NCBI GenBank assembly: GCA_937919925.1
Contig: CALFOT010000076.1
Location: forward strand, 2,241-66,240
Direction of reading: 5' to 3'
Source: an uncultured bacterium
GTDB lineage: Bacteria > Planctomycetota > UBA1135
Length of the DNA stretch: 64,000 nt
Shown here: one piece after another, positions 30,678 through 40,630 of the stretch
Numbering within the stretch: the first letter of the stretch is position 1
Layout: every line of letters starts with the position of its first letter
Made by a program: the position numbers and the translations under genes
The notes under the pieces: model-generated
Database searches by the model: none
The model's input: only the letters and a program-made list of their open reading frames with translations
What the model was told of the DNA's origin: nothing

Positions 30678-31339
30678 TAGTGACTACCTCCGTGGTCGTA
30701 GGCTTGAATCAAGGGATCCCAACGCTCAAAAGCTTCGTTCATAATTCGAATCACCGCGCGCGACGAAATCGTGGCGCCGGTGATCATGTCAATTTCATGC
30801 AGATCGCCTTTCCCGGCACCCTTTTTGACTCCTGTCAGCGGCAGAAGCGCGGTAGAAAATTGACTGAGGAACTCCTTGTTCTTCTCAATTGCATCGCCAA
30901 GGCCCGGGGTTTCCTTTGATTCGAGTACTTTCATACCCATCAAGCCGCCGGTTTCTGGGTGGTAGCCAAAAATGACTTTTACTTGATCTTGAAAACCTGC
31001 GCGGTTGTGCATCACAGCAAAACCAACAGGGTTGTTGTGCGCGTCGTAACCGACAAACACGCGTTCAAAATCCTTGGCATTTGCGCCTTCAGGAAGATCG
31101 CTCAGCAGAGTTCCATCCACCAAGTAAAGCGTGGCAAAGGATGCAGGTTCTTGCAGCACCAGGCCGACGGCTTCGCGCATCATTTTTTCGCGGTAAGCCA
31201 AAATGCGTGGTTGCGTGGCCTCATAAACCACCACGAGCAGCAAGCCGGCAAGCATGCCCGCAATTGCAAGGGTTGCGATGATACTGAAGGAGGAAGCGCT
31301 ATCGTCCGCAGGCACCGTGTCTGTGGGGGCATGGCTCAT
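30677..31339 (-). CDS. rnfG: Rnf complex subunit G (covalent FMN)
   Basis: N-terminal TM; ETPGLG and ITGATISS. Start at ATG 31339, overlapping the rnfD stop (ATGA). Confidence 0.92.
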   Translation of the reverse strand: MSHAPTDTVPADDSASSFSIIATLAIAGMLAGLLLVVVYEATQPRILAYREKMMREAVGLVLQEPASFATLYLVDGTLLSDLPEGANAKDFERVFVGYDAHNNPVGFAVMHNRAGFQDQVKVIFGYHPETGGLMGMKVLESKETPGLGDAIEKNKEFLSQFSTALLPLTGVKKGAGKGDLHEIDMITGATISSRAVIRIMNEAFERWDPLIQAYDHGGSH

Positions 31340-32361
31340 GACTTGGCCTCCGCTTCTTTCGCCTTTTTCACTTTCGGCTGTTGCCCAAACACACGCGGGC
31401 GGGTGCTGCGGTTTAGGAATGGTACAAATGCATTCATAAACAGAATGGAATACATCACACCTTCCGGCAGGCCACCCCAAACGCGAATCACCACCACCAG
31501 GATTCCAATGCCGGCGCCGAAAATCCAGCAGCCGAGGTTGGTAGTGGGGGAAGTGACCATATCCGTTGCCATATAAATCGCACCTAGCATCAAGCCGCCG
31601 GAAAAGAGCATGAACCATGGGCTTGGATAAGTGCTTGCATCTACCAGGTACAAAGTGCCGGAGAAAAGCACCACGGCGGCGAAAATACTCGCAGGAATTC
31701 GCCAGTTCAGATAGTTTTTCCACGCTAGAAACATGCCGCAAAGCAAAATCAGCAAGCCGAAAGTTTCACCGACAGAACCCGAGGTATTGCCGAACAGCAA
31801 ATCACCAAAGCCGGTGTTGGTGTTTTCAAATTTGAATAAGCCCAGAGGAGTCGCGCCGGTTGTGCCATCGACGCTATGCGGGCTCATCAGCGGCAACGCG
31901 AAGTTGTCGCCGCGCAAAGCACTCCAGGCACCATCGGTAGTGGGCCAAGTCGTGATGGCCACTGGGAACGCGGCCTGTAAAAACGCACGCCCGAGTAACG
32001 CCGGGTTAAATGGATTTTGGCCCAAGCCACCGAAAATCAACTTGCCGAAGGCAATGCCAAAAAATCCACCCAGAAAAGCCATCCACAGCGGCATTCCTGG
32101 AGGCAAGGTCAAGCCGAGCAGGATGCCAGTAATCGCCGCCGAACCATCATTTAAAGAGCCTTTCCGGCCAACGAATCGTTCGGTGAGGACCGCGCCACCG
32201 CCTGCGGCCAGCAAAATCAACAACGCCGAAGGGCCGAAGAAGAACACTGAGGTTGCGATAATCGGAACCAAGGTCGCGACCACCGTCCACATGATGCGCG
32301 GCGTGGAATCCGGGCCAAGCACGTGGGGCGATGCGGTGAGTAGTAGACGAGGTTCGCTCAT
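31336..32361 (-). CDS. rnfD: Rnf complex subunit D
   Basis: SPH, FGGLGQNPFNPAL, TGATPL FMN site, GSVGET, MATDMVTSP. Confidence 0.95.
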   Translation of the reverse strand: MSEPRLLLTASPHVLGPDSTPRIMWTVVATLVPIIATSVFFFGPSALLILLAAGGGAVLTERFVGRKGSLNDGSAAITGILLGLTLPPGMPLWMAFLGGFFGIAFGKLIFGGLGQNPFNPALLGRAFLQAAFPVAITTWPTTDGAWSALRGDNFALPLMSPHSVDGTTGATPLGLFKFENTNTGFGDLLFGNTSGSVGETFGLLILLCGMFLAWKNYLNWRIPASIFAAVVLFSGTLYLVDASTYPSPWFMLFSGGLMLGAIYMATDMVTSPTTNLGCWIFGAGIGILVVVIRVWGGLPEGVMYSILFMNAFVPFLNRSTRPRVFGQQPKVKKAKEAEAKS

Positions 32362-33686
32362 ACTTTGACTCCCTCACTGCGCAGGGTTGCTTTTGCTACG
32401 CCGAACAGATGGCTTAGCGGAATGTGCGACGGGCAAACGTAAGAGCAGCAACCGCACAACATACAAGTAGAGAGATGGTTTTTATCGTACATCTCCATGT
32501 AGTTTCTATGCAAACCTAGGCTGCCAAGATGCTGGGGATCGAGAAACACCGGACATGCATCCAAGCAGTGCCCGCACTTGATACACGGGTAAGTGGCTTG
32601 CGGATGCGCCTCGGCTTCATTCAACACGACCACGCCGGATGTGCCCTTCAAAATAGGAGTATCCAGGTTGCCTTGTGCCGGGCCCATCATCGGGCCGCCC
32701 ATGACAATCTTGCTGGCGTCGTCAGTTAAACCACCGCAAGCATTCAAGACATCACGCAGCTTCATGCCGATGGGAACAATCAAGTTCCGCGGCTTTTTAA
32801 TGCCACTGCCTGTGACGGTCAAAATGCGTTCTATCAATGGCATGCCGGTTTCAAAAATCTCCGCAATCGCTGCGACTGAAGCCACATTCATCACCACCAC
32901 GCCGACGTTCATCGGCAAACCTCCTTCAGGAACTTCGCGATCGAGAACGGCCTTAATCAGCATTTTCTCGGCACCCTGAGGGTATTTGACGGTCAGGGGG
33001 AGTATTTCAATATCAAGATCTGCGGGCACGGAATCGCGCATAATCTTGATGGCGTCGGGCTTGTTGCGTTCGATGCCGATCACCGCTTTACTGATACCGA
33101 GCACCTTCATCATGATGCGCGTACCAACGTGCACCCGCTCTGGATACTCCACCATCGTGCGGTGATCGGTGGTGAGGTAAGGCTCGCATTCGCAACCGTT
33201 CAGCAACACCATATCGATTTTTTGATCCGCTGGTGGTGACAGCTTGACGTGGGTAGGAAACGCCGCGCCCCCCATACCCACCAAACCGCCGTCTTGAATC
33301 GCTTGGAGCAGTTCGGCAACGGAGAGTCCTTCCCAGCGTGGGATGATGCGCGGTCGCGGCATTTGTGCACTATGCGCCTCTACATCAATCACAATCGCCG
33401 GACTGTAAGAACCATCTGGATGGGGACGGCGCTCAATATCGCGCACCGTGCCAGAAGCAGAGGCGTGTATCGCTACGGAAACAAAGCCGCCTGCTTTGGC
33501 AATCTTGTCGCCGCGCTCCACACGGTCTCCTTTTTTCACCAGCGGTACTGACGGCGCGCCTATATGTTGACGCAGCGGTAGCACAATTTGACTTGGGAAG
33601 GGAACACGTCGGATTGGTACATCCGCCGTGAGGTCTTTTGCCTCAGGTGGGTGCACTCCGTTACGGAAGAAGTCCTTGCCGAACAT
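32358..33686 (-). CDS. rnfC: Rnf complex subunit C
   Basis: GVHPP, QHIGAP, GMGGAAFPTHVK, NGCECEPYLTTD, YPQGAEK, GGPMMG, two CxxCxxCxxxCP motifs. Confidence 0.96.
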   Translation of the reverse strand: MFGKDFFRNGVHPPEAKDLTADVPIRRVPFPSQIVLPLRQHIGAPSVPLVKKGDRVERGDKIAKAGGFVSVAIHASASGTVRDIERRPHPDGSYSPAIVIDVEAHSAQMPRPRIIPRWEGLSVAELLQAIQDGGLVGMGGAAFPTHVKLSPPADQKIDMVLLNGCECEPYLTTDHRTMVEYPERVHVGTRIMMKVLGISKAVIGIERNKPDAIKIMRDSVPADLDIEILPLTVKYPQGAEKMLIKAVLDREVPEGGLPMNVGVVVMNVASVAAIAEIFETGMPLIERILTVTGSGIKKPRNLIVPIGMKLRDVLNACGGLTDDASKIVMGGPMMGPAQGNLDTPILKGTSGVVVLNEAEAHPQATYPCIKCGHCLDACPVFLDPQHLGSLGLHRNYMEMYDKNHLSTCMLCGCCSYVCPSHIPLSHLFGVAKATLRSEGVKV

Positions 33687-33710
33687 GATCTGGGTTCGTG
33701 CCGTGAGGCT

Positions 33711-36700
33711 TTAGTTAAAAGGCTCCGCGCGTGTGAGCCACTTTGCGAGATCTTTCTCTTTCGGGTTCAACGGAGTGCCGGGGTGAATGATGCCTACCGG
33801 GCAGGCTTCTGCGGCCTTGACCAGCTGCTGGAAAGTTCCGGCCTTGGGATCCCCGATTTCCGCCAGCTTATCCGCGTTGTAAACGAAGAGTTTGTTGTTG
33901 AGGTTCGTGCACTCATTGCACGAGGTGCAACGCTCCGTATCAATGTACGGATCCATGCCGTGATCATCGCTTTCTTCTGTGGCCACAGCTACGGCGACGG
34001 CAGCCGGGGCGGCCGCTGGAGATGGCGCTGGTGCGGTAGAAGCACTGGCTGGTGCACGCTTAGGTGCAGGTGAGGAGGCTTCAGCAGATGCGGTACTCCC
34101 AAAGAGTTCTGCTTCCACAGCCAAGTCGAGTGGCGCCAGCGCTTCCATACTTTGCGCTTGGGTCAAGATTTCTTGCACGGTTTTGCCAGCGCCGGAGCGC
34201 AACAATCCCTCGGCCATACGGCGCGCAACCACTTGTGGGTACACGGTACGCAATTCCAGGATTTTGGCCTCGTGTTCCGCTTTGAGCGCGAGGATTTGTT
34301 GATCAAACGCGCTTTCTAGTTCGGCAGTCACGCTATCGCGTGCGCTGCTACTCACGCGTTCGCCAGCCATTTCCTTCAACTGATTCCACAAACGTAAGCG
34401 GTCTTCTGCGAGTTGCACGATTGGGTAGGAGGCTTGCATTTTGCGCAACATCCGTTTGCTATCGAGCACATGGATGAAAGGCTTTTTGCCTTGCCGCTCG
34501 TCGGCACTCATCGCAACGTACTCGGCAAAGGGTACTAAATCGTTGCTCTCATTTGCCGGGCGGAAATGCTTTTTGAAGCGCCCTTCACAAGCCGCCCAAT
34601 CGGCGGTGGTCATCGGCTGCTCCATCTCCGCTTCGTTGCCGTTGGCATCGACGTACTTCAATTTGTAGCTAGGCCAATCGGCCTCAAGCGCCGGGTTGCC
34701 ATCCAAATTCAGACACTCTGAGAAAGTGGCACCGTTGTCAGGATTGTATTCCAGTGCTGGGAATGCGCGCGATTCGAGTGCCATGCGCGCCGAACGCGGA
34801 CCGGCATCATCGGCAATACCGTGCTCTGGAGGGCAAGCCGAATGTAGGATGAAGATTGCTGGGTGCTTCGATTGTAGGCCGCGCAACACGCCGCCGAGCA
34901 AGTGCGAAGCGGTGGCCTGTGAAGACTGCAAAACAAACACATTGCGGTGTGCCATCGCTAATAACGACAGCTCTTTGCGGATTTCAACCTTGCCAGACTG
35001 ATCTTTGCCGAACATCGCCATGTCGGAGATCTGTCCGGTGAATCCTGAGGTACAAGCTTGGCCGCCGGTATTGGAATACACTTGCGTATCAAGCACTACC
35101 GCGCGAATCGGCAAACCCGAAGCCAACATACGCGACAGGTTTTGGAAGCCAATGTCCATCATGGCGCCATCGCCACCCACGGCGAAAATTGGCGGGCACA
35201 TCGCGAACTCTTCTTCATGGAAGAGCTTCCAATCGAAGTGGGCAAACTCGGCTTCGTGTTTCTCTGCGTTGTACTCGCCGGCAAGCTCCAACTCTGCGCG
35301 ACGTACACCGATGAAACCATCGGCCATCTTGCGCATCTGCCCTTCGAAAATACCAATCGCAATCGAGGGCGAATCCTGGAACAGGTGGTTGACCCATGGG
35401 AACGGGTAGGGGTTGTACGGGAAAGTACTGGCCCACACTGAAGTGCAACCGGTGGAGTTTGCAAAACCAAGTGGCGCGCGCCCATTACCGGATGGCCCTT
35501 CTACATAACGCCAACGTAAATCCTTCAGATTGCGAAGCGCAGCAGTGATGCGCTGTATCGTGTCGCGCCGCCGCGGATCGAGCGGCACGTCGACCGAACT
35601 ATCCTCCGCCAGAATTGCTTCGATATCCACTTCGTTAGTGACCAAACCACGCGCTTTGGCATCCAATCCCGCAATCATGCCATCCAGTTTCGCAACATAA
35701 GCCTCTACTCGTGGACCCATCATTGCGGTGGTTGCCGAAATCACCAAGTGCAGCGAAGTTTTTTCGCCGCAGCCCATACACGCGCCGTCGCCGCCGGCCA
35801 TCGAAAGGTAATTCTCCTTTTTCAACAGCATCGAAGACAGCACGCCAATGCCTTCATTGAGGCTCGCGATTTTGACGTACTTGTCATCAGTCTCCGGCAG
35901 TTCTTCCCAGAACGCCCAGTTGCGTCGCAGCATGGCCACTTCTTGATCTGTTTGCTTGATGGTGACCAGCGCATTGTCTGGGCAAACATCCACACAAATG
36001 TTGCAACCCTTACAAGTTTCAGGGTTGATAGTAATCGAGAGCAACGCACCCTCGCCCTTACTCTTAGCTTCCGGACCATCGAAGAACGGTCCGGTCTTAG
36101 CCAGCGGGAAATCATCAATCACCGGATAAATCACCGTGAAGTCCGCTTCGAGTTCCGCGCGTCGTTCTGGTGTCGTCGCCATCTTCTCCAAAACATTCGT
36201 AAAAGCGGGGCGCAGAATCGCACCGAAAGTCGTGAACGGCGCACCCTTCATCAGCGTGCGGCACTCGTTCGCTAAGGGCTTCACCACGGTGTTAAAACGC
36301 TTGATACTATGCACTTTGCCCGCGTGTTTGGCGGCGCGCTTGAGCACGTCATCGATAGAAGTCACCAGACCAGGAATCGCCGTATCCGGGCATTGTGTCC
36401 AGCATTGGCTACAACCGGTGCAGTTCTCGGGCACGAACTTCGGAATCTCAAAACGCACATCGGTCATATCGCGCATCGTGCTGGTTGCAGCCGGAATCGT
36501 GGCCGTGGCAGCAAATGGATCGGCAATGATTTCTTGACCGGTGCGGTAAGCGTGACCTACCTGTTCCCAGAAACGTCCGGGATCGGCGAGGCCTTTTTCA
36601 GCTTTGGTGTTCGCCATGGACGTTGGAATTTGCGGCACGGCGGCTTCCGCCACACCATCATCGCTGACGGTAGCAAGATCCAATTGCTGCAACTCTTCGT

Positions 36701-38771
36701 AGCCGCGTTTGATGACGCGCAAGTTATCGGCAACCACCGCATCGCCAAGATGGCCGAATTTTTTCTGCAACTGTTTATGGATGGCGTTGAAGAAGGAATC
36801 CTCTTCAAGACCAGCTTCGTGCACCATCGGTGCCGCGTGGAAAAATGCGCCCATAAAAGCGGTGCCTTGCATGCGGTAGCGGAGTCCTTCATTGGACGAC
36901 TCATCTTGCGCAATTTTGAAGCCATCCACGAACCAGACTTTGATTTCCATGTCGCGGATGTGCTGCTGCGTTAAGCGCGGCAAGGTATTCCAAAAATCTT
37001 GTGCAGGCAGTTCGCTCTGAATGATGAACGTGCCGCCGCGCGCCAAACCTTTAATTGGGTTGGAATGGCGGAACACATTCGGGTCGGGCGATAACACCAC
37101 ATCCACACGTGACAATTCGCAGTTAATACGAATCCGTTCAGGCGCCAGCGAGGCATAGAAAGTCGTCGGCTGCCCTTTTTTCTCCGAACCATATTTCGGG
37201 TTCGCCTTCATGCTTAAACCGAGCAGTTCGGCGGCCGTCACCGCCAGGTTTTTACCCATGGTGATCGCACCCCAGCCACCAATCGAGTGGACGCGGATAT
37301 TGGTGGTACCCTTCGGCAACAAATCCACGACTTCACCCGGATCCAGGGCCAAATCGGCAAGGTCTGGATAACCTTCCAAGAGCTCCTCTTGCCAAATCTG
37401 GAGCTTCGGCATCCGTGTGTTTTTGCGAATGAAATCAATGCCTAGATAAAATTGGCGCAGCTTTTTGCCGCCTTCGAGCATGTTGTCGACGGCCGCAATA
37501 ATGGAATTAGGCTGCAAATCGCGCGATCCCATGCCAAAGCAACCAGAGTAGAAATCTGGCACCTCTGTGCTTTGTAGAGCGGTCAATTTTGGGTGGGCAC
37601 CTTCGTTGCCTTTGCGGCCCTTCTCTACGCCCATCGCGAGTGCAGCACGAATTTCGCGGATCAGCGGCGCCTCAACGGCCAGTGGCTGATCCAAACGCTC
37701 GAGCACCAAAACGCCCTTTTTGCCGCGCAGTAATTTGGTAATCAAATCCGAAGGGAAGGGGCGGAACATCGTCATGTTCAACACACCAATTTTCAAATTG
37801 CGCTTTTCGCGCAAATAATCCACCACTGCTTCCGCGTTTTCCGTTACCGAGCCTTGGCCAGCGATGACGTAATCCGCATCCTCCAAGCGATAGCCCATCA
37901 CGCGCTGATATTGACGTCCGGTCAAGGCCGCGAATTCGTTCATCGCTTGATCAGCAAGATCGGCGATGTGGTCGAAGTAATACGGACGTTGCGCGGCCAC
38001 ACCTTGCATGTAGCTGTCCTGGTTTTGCACCACGCCAATCATGGCTGGGTAATCCATGTCGTACAGCTCCGGAATGCGTCGCCGCTTGGCGCCAAACACC
38101 AATTTTTGCGCATGCGTAGGCGAATCAATCATGTCGGAGGGATCGCCGAGATACTCCGCAATCAACTCACGCTCAGGAAAAGTGGAAGATTCGATCGAGT
38201 GACTGGTTAAGAAGCCGTCTTGCGCATTGATGCCGGGGTTCAAACTCAGCTCGGCAATACGGTGCGAAATCAAATTCAAATCAGCGGCTTCCGAAACGTT
38301 CTTGGCGAACACTTGAAAGAATCCGGTGTCATCCACAGCATGATAATCATCGTGACCGGCGTGCACATTCAACGTGTGCTTGGTCATCGCACGGCACGCC
38401 ACATTCAACACATAAGTCAAGCGTTTACCCACCGCTGGGTAAAGCGATTCATGCATATAAGCAATGCCCTGACCACTAGAAAAGTTGGTCGCGCGTAAGC
38501 CCATCATGTTCATGCCGGCGGTTACCGCAGCAGCAGCATGTTCGCCTTCTGGTTCAAAGAACAATAGGCGACGGCCGAAGACGTTGGTCTTGCCCGCAGC
38601 CATTGCCGCGGCCCAACCTTCTCCCATCTGCGTGGAAGGAGTGATTGGATAAGCGCCAGCGGCATCGCTCGCAGCAGTTTCCATTTCCACAATAGCCTCA
38701 GAGCCATCTGTGGTGATCGACACGCCAGGGTACTTCGGGGTGCCGGTGCTTCCGTTTAAAGGCGTGCTCAT
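33711..38771 (-). CDS. nifJ: Pyruvate:ferredoxin oxidoreductase-like multidomain 2-oxoacid oxidoreductase (NifJ/PFOR type) with extra C-terminal ferredoxin
   Basis: YPITPS, YGSEKKG, CTGCSQCWTQCP, CKGCNICVDVCP, GACMGCGE, NSTGC, GGDG, DTQVYSNTGGQ; tail CTSCNEC...CP. Substrate not established. Confidence 0.88.
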   Translation of the reverse strand: MSTPLNGSTGTPKYPGVSITTDGSEAIVEMETAASDAAGAYPITPSTQMGEGWAAAMAAGKTNVFGRRLLFFEPEGEHAAAAVTAGMNMMGLRATNFSSGQGIAYMHESLYPAVGKRLTYVLNVACRAMTKHTLNVHAGHDDYHAVDDTGFFQVFAKNVSEAADLNLISHRIAELSLNPGINAQDGFLTSHSIESSTFPERELIAEYLGDPSDMIDSPTHAQKLVFGAKRRRIPELYDMDYPAMIGVVQNQDSYMQGVAAQRPYYFDHIADLADQAMNEFAALTGRQYQRVMGYRLEDADYVIAGQGSVTENAEAVVDYLREKRNLKIGVLNMTMFRPFPSDLITKLLRGKKGVLVLERLDQPLAVEAPLIREIRAALAMGVEKGRKGNEGAHPKLTALQSTEVPDFYSGCFGMGSRDLQPNSIIAAVDNMLEGGKKLRQFYLGIDFIRKNTRMPKLQIWQEELLEGYPDLADLALDPGEVVDLLPKGTTNIRVHSIGGWGAITMGKNLAVTAAELLGLSMKANPKYGSEKKGQPTTFYASLAPERIRINCELSRVDVVLSPDPNVFRHSNPIKGLARGGTFIIQSELPAQDFWNTLPRLTQQHIRDMEIKVWFVDGFKIAQDESSNEGLRYRMQGTAFMGAFFHAAPMVHEAGLEEDSFFNAIHKQLQKKFGHLGDAVVADNLRVIKRGYEELQQLDLATVSDDGVAEAAVPQIPTSMANTKAEKGLADPGRFWEQVGHAYRTGQEIIADPFAATATIPAATSTMRDMTDVRFEIPKFVPENCTGCSQCWTQCPDTAIPGLVTSIDDVLKRAAKHAGKVHSIKRFNTVVKPLANECRTLMKGAPFTTFGAILRPAFTNVLEKMATTPERRAELEADFTVIYPVIDDFPLAKTGPFFDGPEAKSKGEGALLSITINPETCKGCNICVDVCPDNALVTIKQTDQEVAMLRRNWAFWEELPETDDKYVKIASLNEGIGVLSSMLLKKENYLSMAGGDGACMGCGEKTSLHLVISATTAMMGPRVEAYVAKLDGMIAGLDAKARGLVTNEVDIEAILAEDSSVDVPLDPRRRDTIQRITAALRNLKDLRWRYVEGPSGNGRAPLGFANSTGCTSVWASTFPYNPYPFPWVNHLFQDSPSIAIGIFEGQMRKMADGFIGVRRAELELAGEYNAEKHEAEFAHFDWKLFHEEEFAMCPPIFAVGGDGAMMDIGFQNLSRMLASGLPIRAVVLDTQVYSNTGGQACTSGFTGQISDMAMFGKDQSGKVEIRKELSLLAMAHRNVFVLQSSQATASHLLGGVLRGLQSKHPAIFILHSACPPEHGIADDAGPRSARMALESRAFPALEYNPDNGATFSECLNLDGNPALEADWPSYKLKYVDANGNEAEMEQPMTTADWAACEGRFKKHFRPANESNDLVPFAEYVAMSADERQGKKPFIHVLDSKRMLRKMQASYPIVQLAEDRLRLWNQLKEMAGERVSSSARDSVTAELESAFDQQILALKAEHEAKILELRTVYPQVVARRMAEGLLRSGAGKTVQEILTQAQSMEALAPLDLAVEAELFGSTASAEASSPAPKRAPASASTAPAPSPAAAPAAVAVAVATEESDDHGMDPYIDTERCTSCNECTNLNNKLFVYNADKLAEIGDPKAGTFQQLVKAAEACPVGIIHPGTPLNPKEKDLAKWLTRAEPFN

Positions 38772-39619
38772 ACTGCAAAACTCCGCAATGATTTCTGTTG
38801 TTCAGGGAACTGTGCGCCTTCCACCCAGACAATCGCCTTGGTGGGACAACGCTCAATGGCTGCGTGTGTAGCCAACTCGTTTTTGTCGTAGTTCACGACC
38901 GCAAGTCCATCGACCATGTCGATGAGACCGTCTTCTGCGTCTTTCGCGCAGATGCCACAACCAGTGCACGCCACCGCGCACAAATCCTGGGCGGGGGAGC
39001 CCTCCACCAAACTCTTGCATTGCACCAAAAGCTCTTGCTCAATCGGCATCAACACAAACAAATCTTTGGGGCAAATCTCGACACAATCATTACATGCGGT
39101 GCAGAGGTCGGGCGCAACAATCGGCAAGCCCGTATCGCTCATATGGATGGCGTCGAAATCGCAGGCCACGGCGCAATCGGCCAAACCAAGGCAACCCCAA
39201 TTACAGCCTTTGCCGCCACCGCTGACGGCTGCCGCTGCTTGGCAGGATGGATGACCTTCATAGGTGGACTGTTGAATCGCGACATCGGTGCCGCCTGCGC
39301 ACAACAAGCGGGCAACGCGTTTATTGGCCTCACCAGCATCGACACCCAAGTAGGCGGCAACATCCGCGATGTCATCGGGCCCCATCACGGTGCAGCCAGA
39401 AGGTTGCTGCTGGCCGGCGACTAAGCCTTCGGCAAATGCGTGGCAACCAGGCGTGCCACAAGCACCGCAGTTTGTGCCAGGCAGAAGTTCCTCGGTTTGG
39501 TTGATGCGCGGATCTTCCCACACCCTCAATTTGCGGTTTGCCGCCGCAATGAAAATGCCGAAAGCCGTGCAGACCCCGCCAAGGCTCAACGCAGAAACCA
39601 GTAGAGCCGATCCGGACAT
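38768..39619 (-). CDS. rnfB: Rnf complex subunit B (polyferredoxin)
   Basis: N-terminal TM; LPGTNCGACGTPGC, CNWGCLGLADCAVACDFDAI, CTACNDCVEICP, CTGCGICAK. Confidence 0.93.
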   Translation of the reverse strand: MSGSALLVSALSLGGVCTAFGIFIAAANRKLRVWEDPRINQTEELLPGTNCGACGTPGCHAFAEGLVAGQQQPSGCTVMGPDDIADVAAYLGVDAGEANKRVARLLCAGGTDVAIQQSTYEGHPSCQAAAAVSGGGKGCNWGCLGLADCAVACDFDAIHMSDTGLPIVAPDLCTACNDCVEICPKDLFVLMPIEQELLVQCKSLVEGSPAQDLCAVACTGCGICAKDAEDGLIDMVDGLAVVNYDKNELATHAAIERCPTKAIVWVEGAQFPEQQKSLRSFAV

Positions 39620-39628
39620 GAAATGTGA

Positions 39629-40630
39629 CTAAACCTCTTCGAGGTGCGCTTTGCCGAGCAAGAACGCGGCAAGCTTGTCGACCGGATTGGCCGAGATTGC
39701 AGTTTGGGAGTGCTCCACAGCAGGCGTTTCGGCGCTGGCCAAAGCTTGCAGTTGAGCAAAATCTTGTTGTTGTTGCCCGATGCTCAATCCAGCACGAGGA
39801 TGGAATTGCGGAGCCCCGGGTAGTTCGATGCCAACCATACGCGCAGCCAGCGTGCTGCCTCGGCGTGGGTCGTGGGCGAAACGTGCGGCGGCTTGTGGGA
39901 CGACGGCGGCAATTCCAGGACCTTGAAACGACACAAAGTCATCCAAGCCTAGGCAATCGCTGGTTTGAAGTACCAACACGCCAGGCGAAATCAAACGTGC
40001 CAACGGTGCTGGCGGGCAATCCTCTCCGTAGACGAGGATTACTTTGAAATGGCCATCAATGTACTCACCCAGGTTGGTGGTTTGAGCGCCGCTATTGGCG
40101 AGTTCAATCACAATCGTTGGAACCAGATTCCGTTGTGCCGAATTCCAGTTTTTGTACAGGTAGGCTTCGAACAGACCAGCGTGTTCGGCTTCGTTGTAAA
40201 GCCCAGCTTTGGCAAGTTCCACAGCATGCGCGGCACCAAAAGCACGACCGATGTTTTTCAGCGTACGGGACAGTAAGCAACGAAGGTTTTGGCCTTCTTG
40301 CAGAGTTACTTGGTTGAGGGAATCACCAGCATCCATCAACTCCACCATCACATCCAGCGCTCGCTCGATCACCGGGCCAGCACTCGCCACCACCGAGGTT
40401 TTATTGGTTGCGAAATGTTCGAAACGCACGGCGTCAATACGACCGCTGGCAAAGCTGCCGAGACTTTTTTCGGCGAACTCCTGTTGTTTGGAAGTATCGC
40501 CAGTGACATGCGCTAGCGAAGTGCGCAGCAAACCAACCGCAGTGGCTAACGAAGAGCGAAAATCGCTCAAGGAAGCGCTTGCAGCGGTCTTCACCGCATC
40601 GGGGCAGTTGCAGGGTGAGTTAGACGGCAT
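39629..40630 (-). CDS. Hypothetical protein; degenerate paralogue of the TPP-binding domain of the neighbouring PFOR
   Basis: Overlaps the upstream beta-subunit gene; aligns by eye with the PFOR segment ~34715-35327 but lacks GDG and the Fe-S cysteines. Confidence 0.75.
   Translation of the reverse strand: MPSNSPCNCPDAVKTAASASLSDFRSSLATAVGLLRTSLAHVTGDTSKQQEFAEKSLGSFASGRIDAVRFEHFATNKTSVVASAGPVIERALDVMVELMDAGDSLNQVTLQEGQNLRCLLSRTLKNIGRAFGAAHAVELAKAGLYNEAEHAGLFEAYLYKNWNSAQRNLVPTIVIELANSGAQTTNLGEYIDGHFKVILVYGEDCPPAPLARLISPGVLVLQTSDCLGLDDFVSFQGPGIAAVVPQAAARFAHDPRRGSTLAARMVGIELPGAPQFHPRAGLSIGQQQQDFAQLQALASAETPAVEHSQTAISANPVDKLAAFLLGKAHLEEV

Noticed and set aside
31340-31741. N-terminal extension of the 354-aa ORF containing rnfG
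   Set aside because: Overlaps rnfD out of frame; the real start is ATG 31339 coupled to the rnfD stop.
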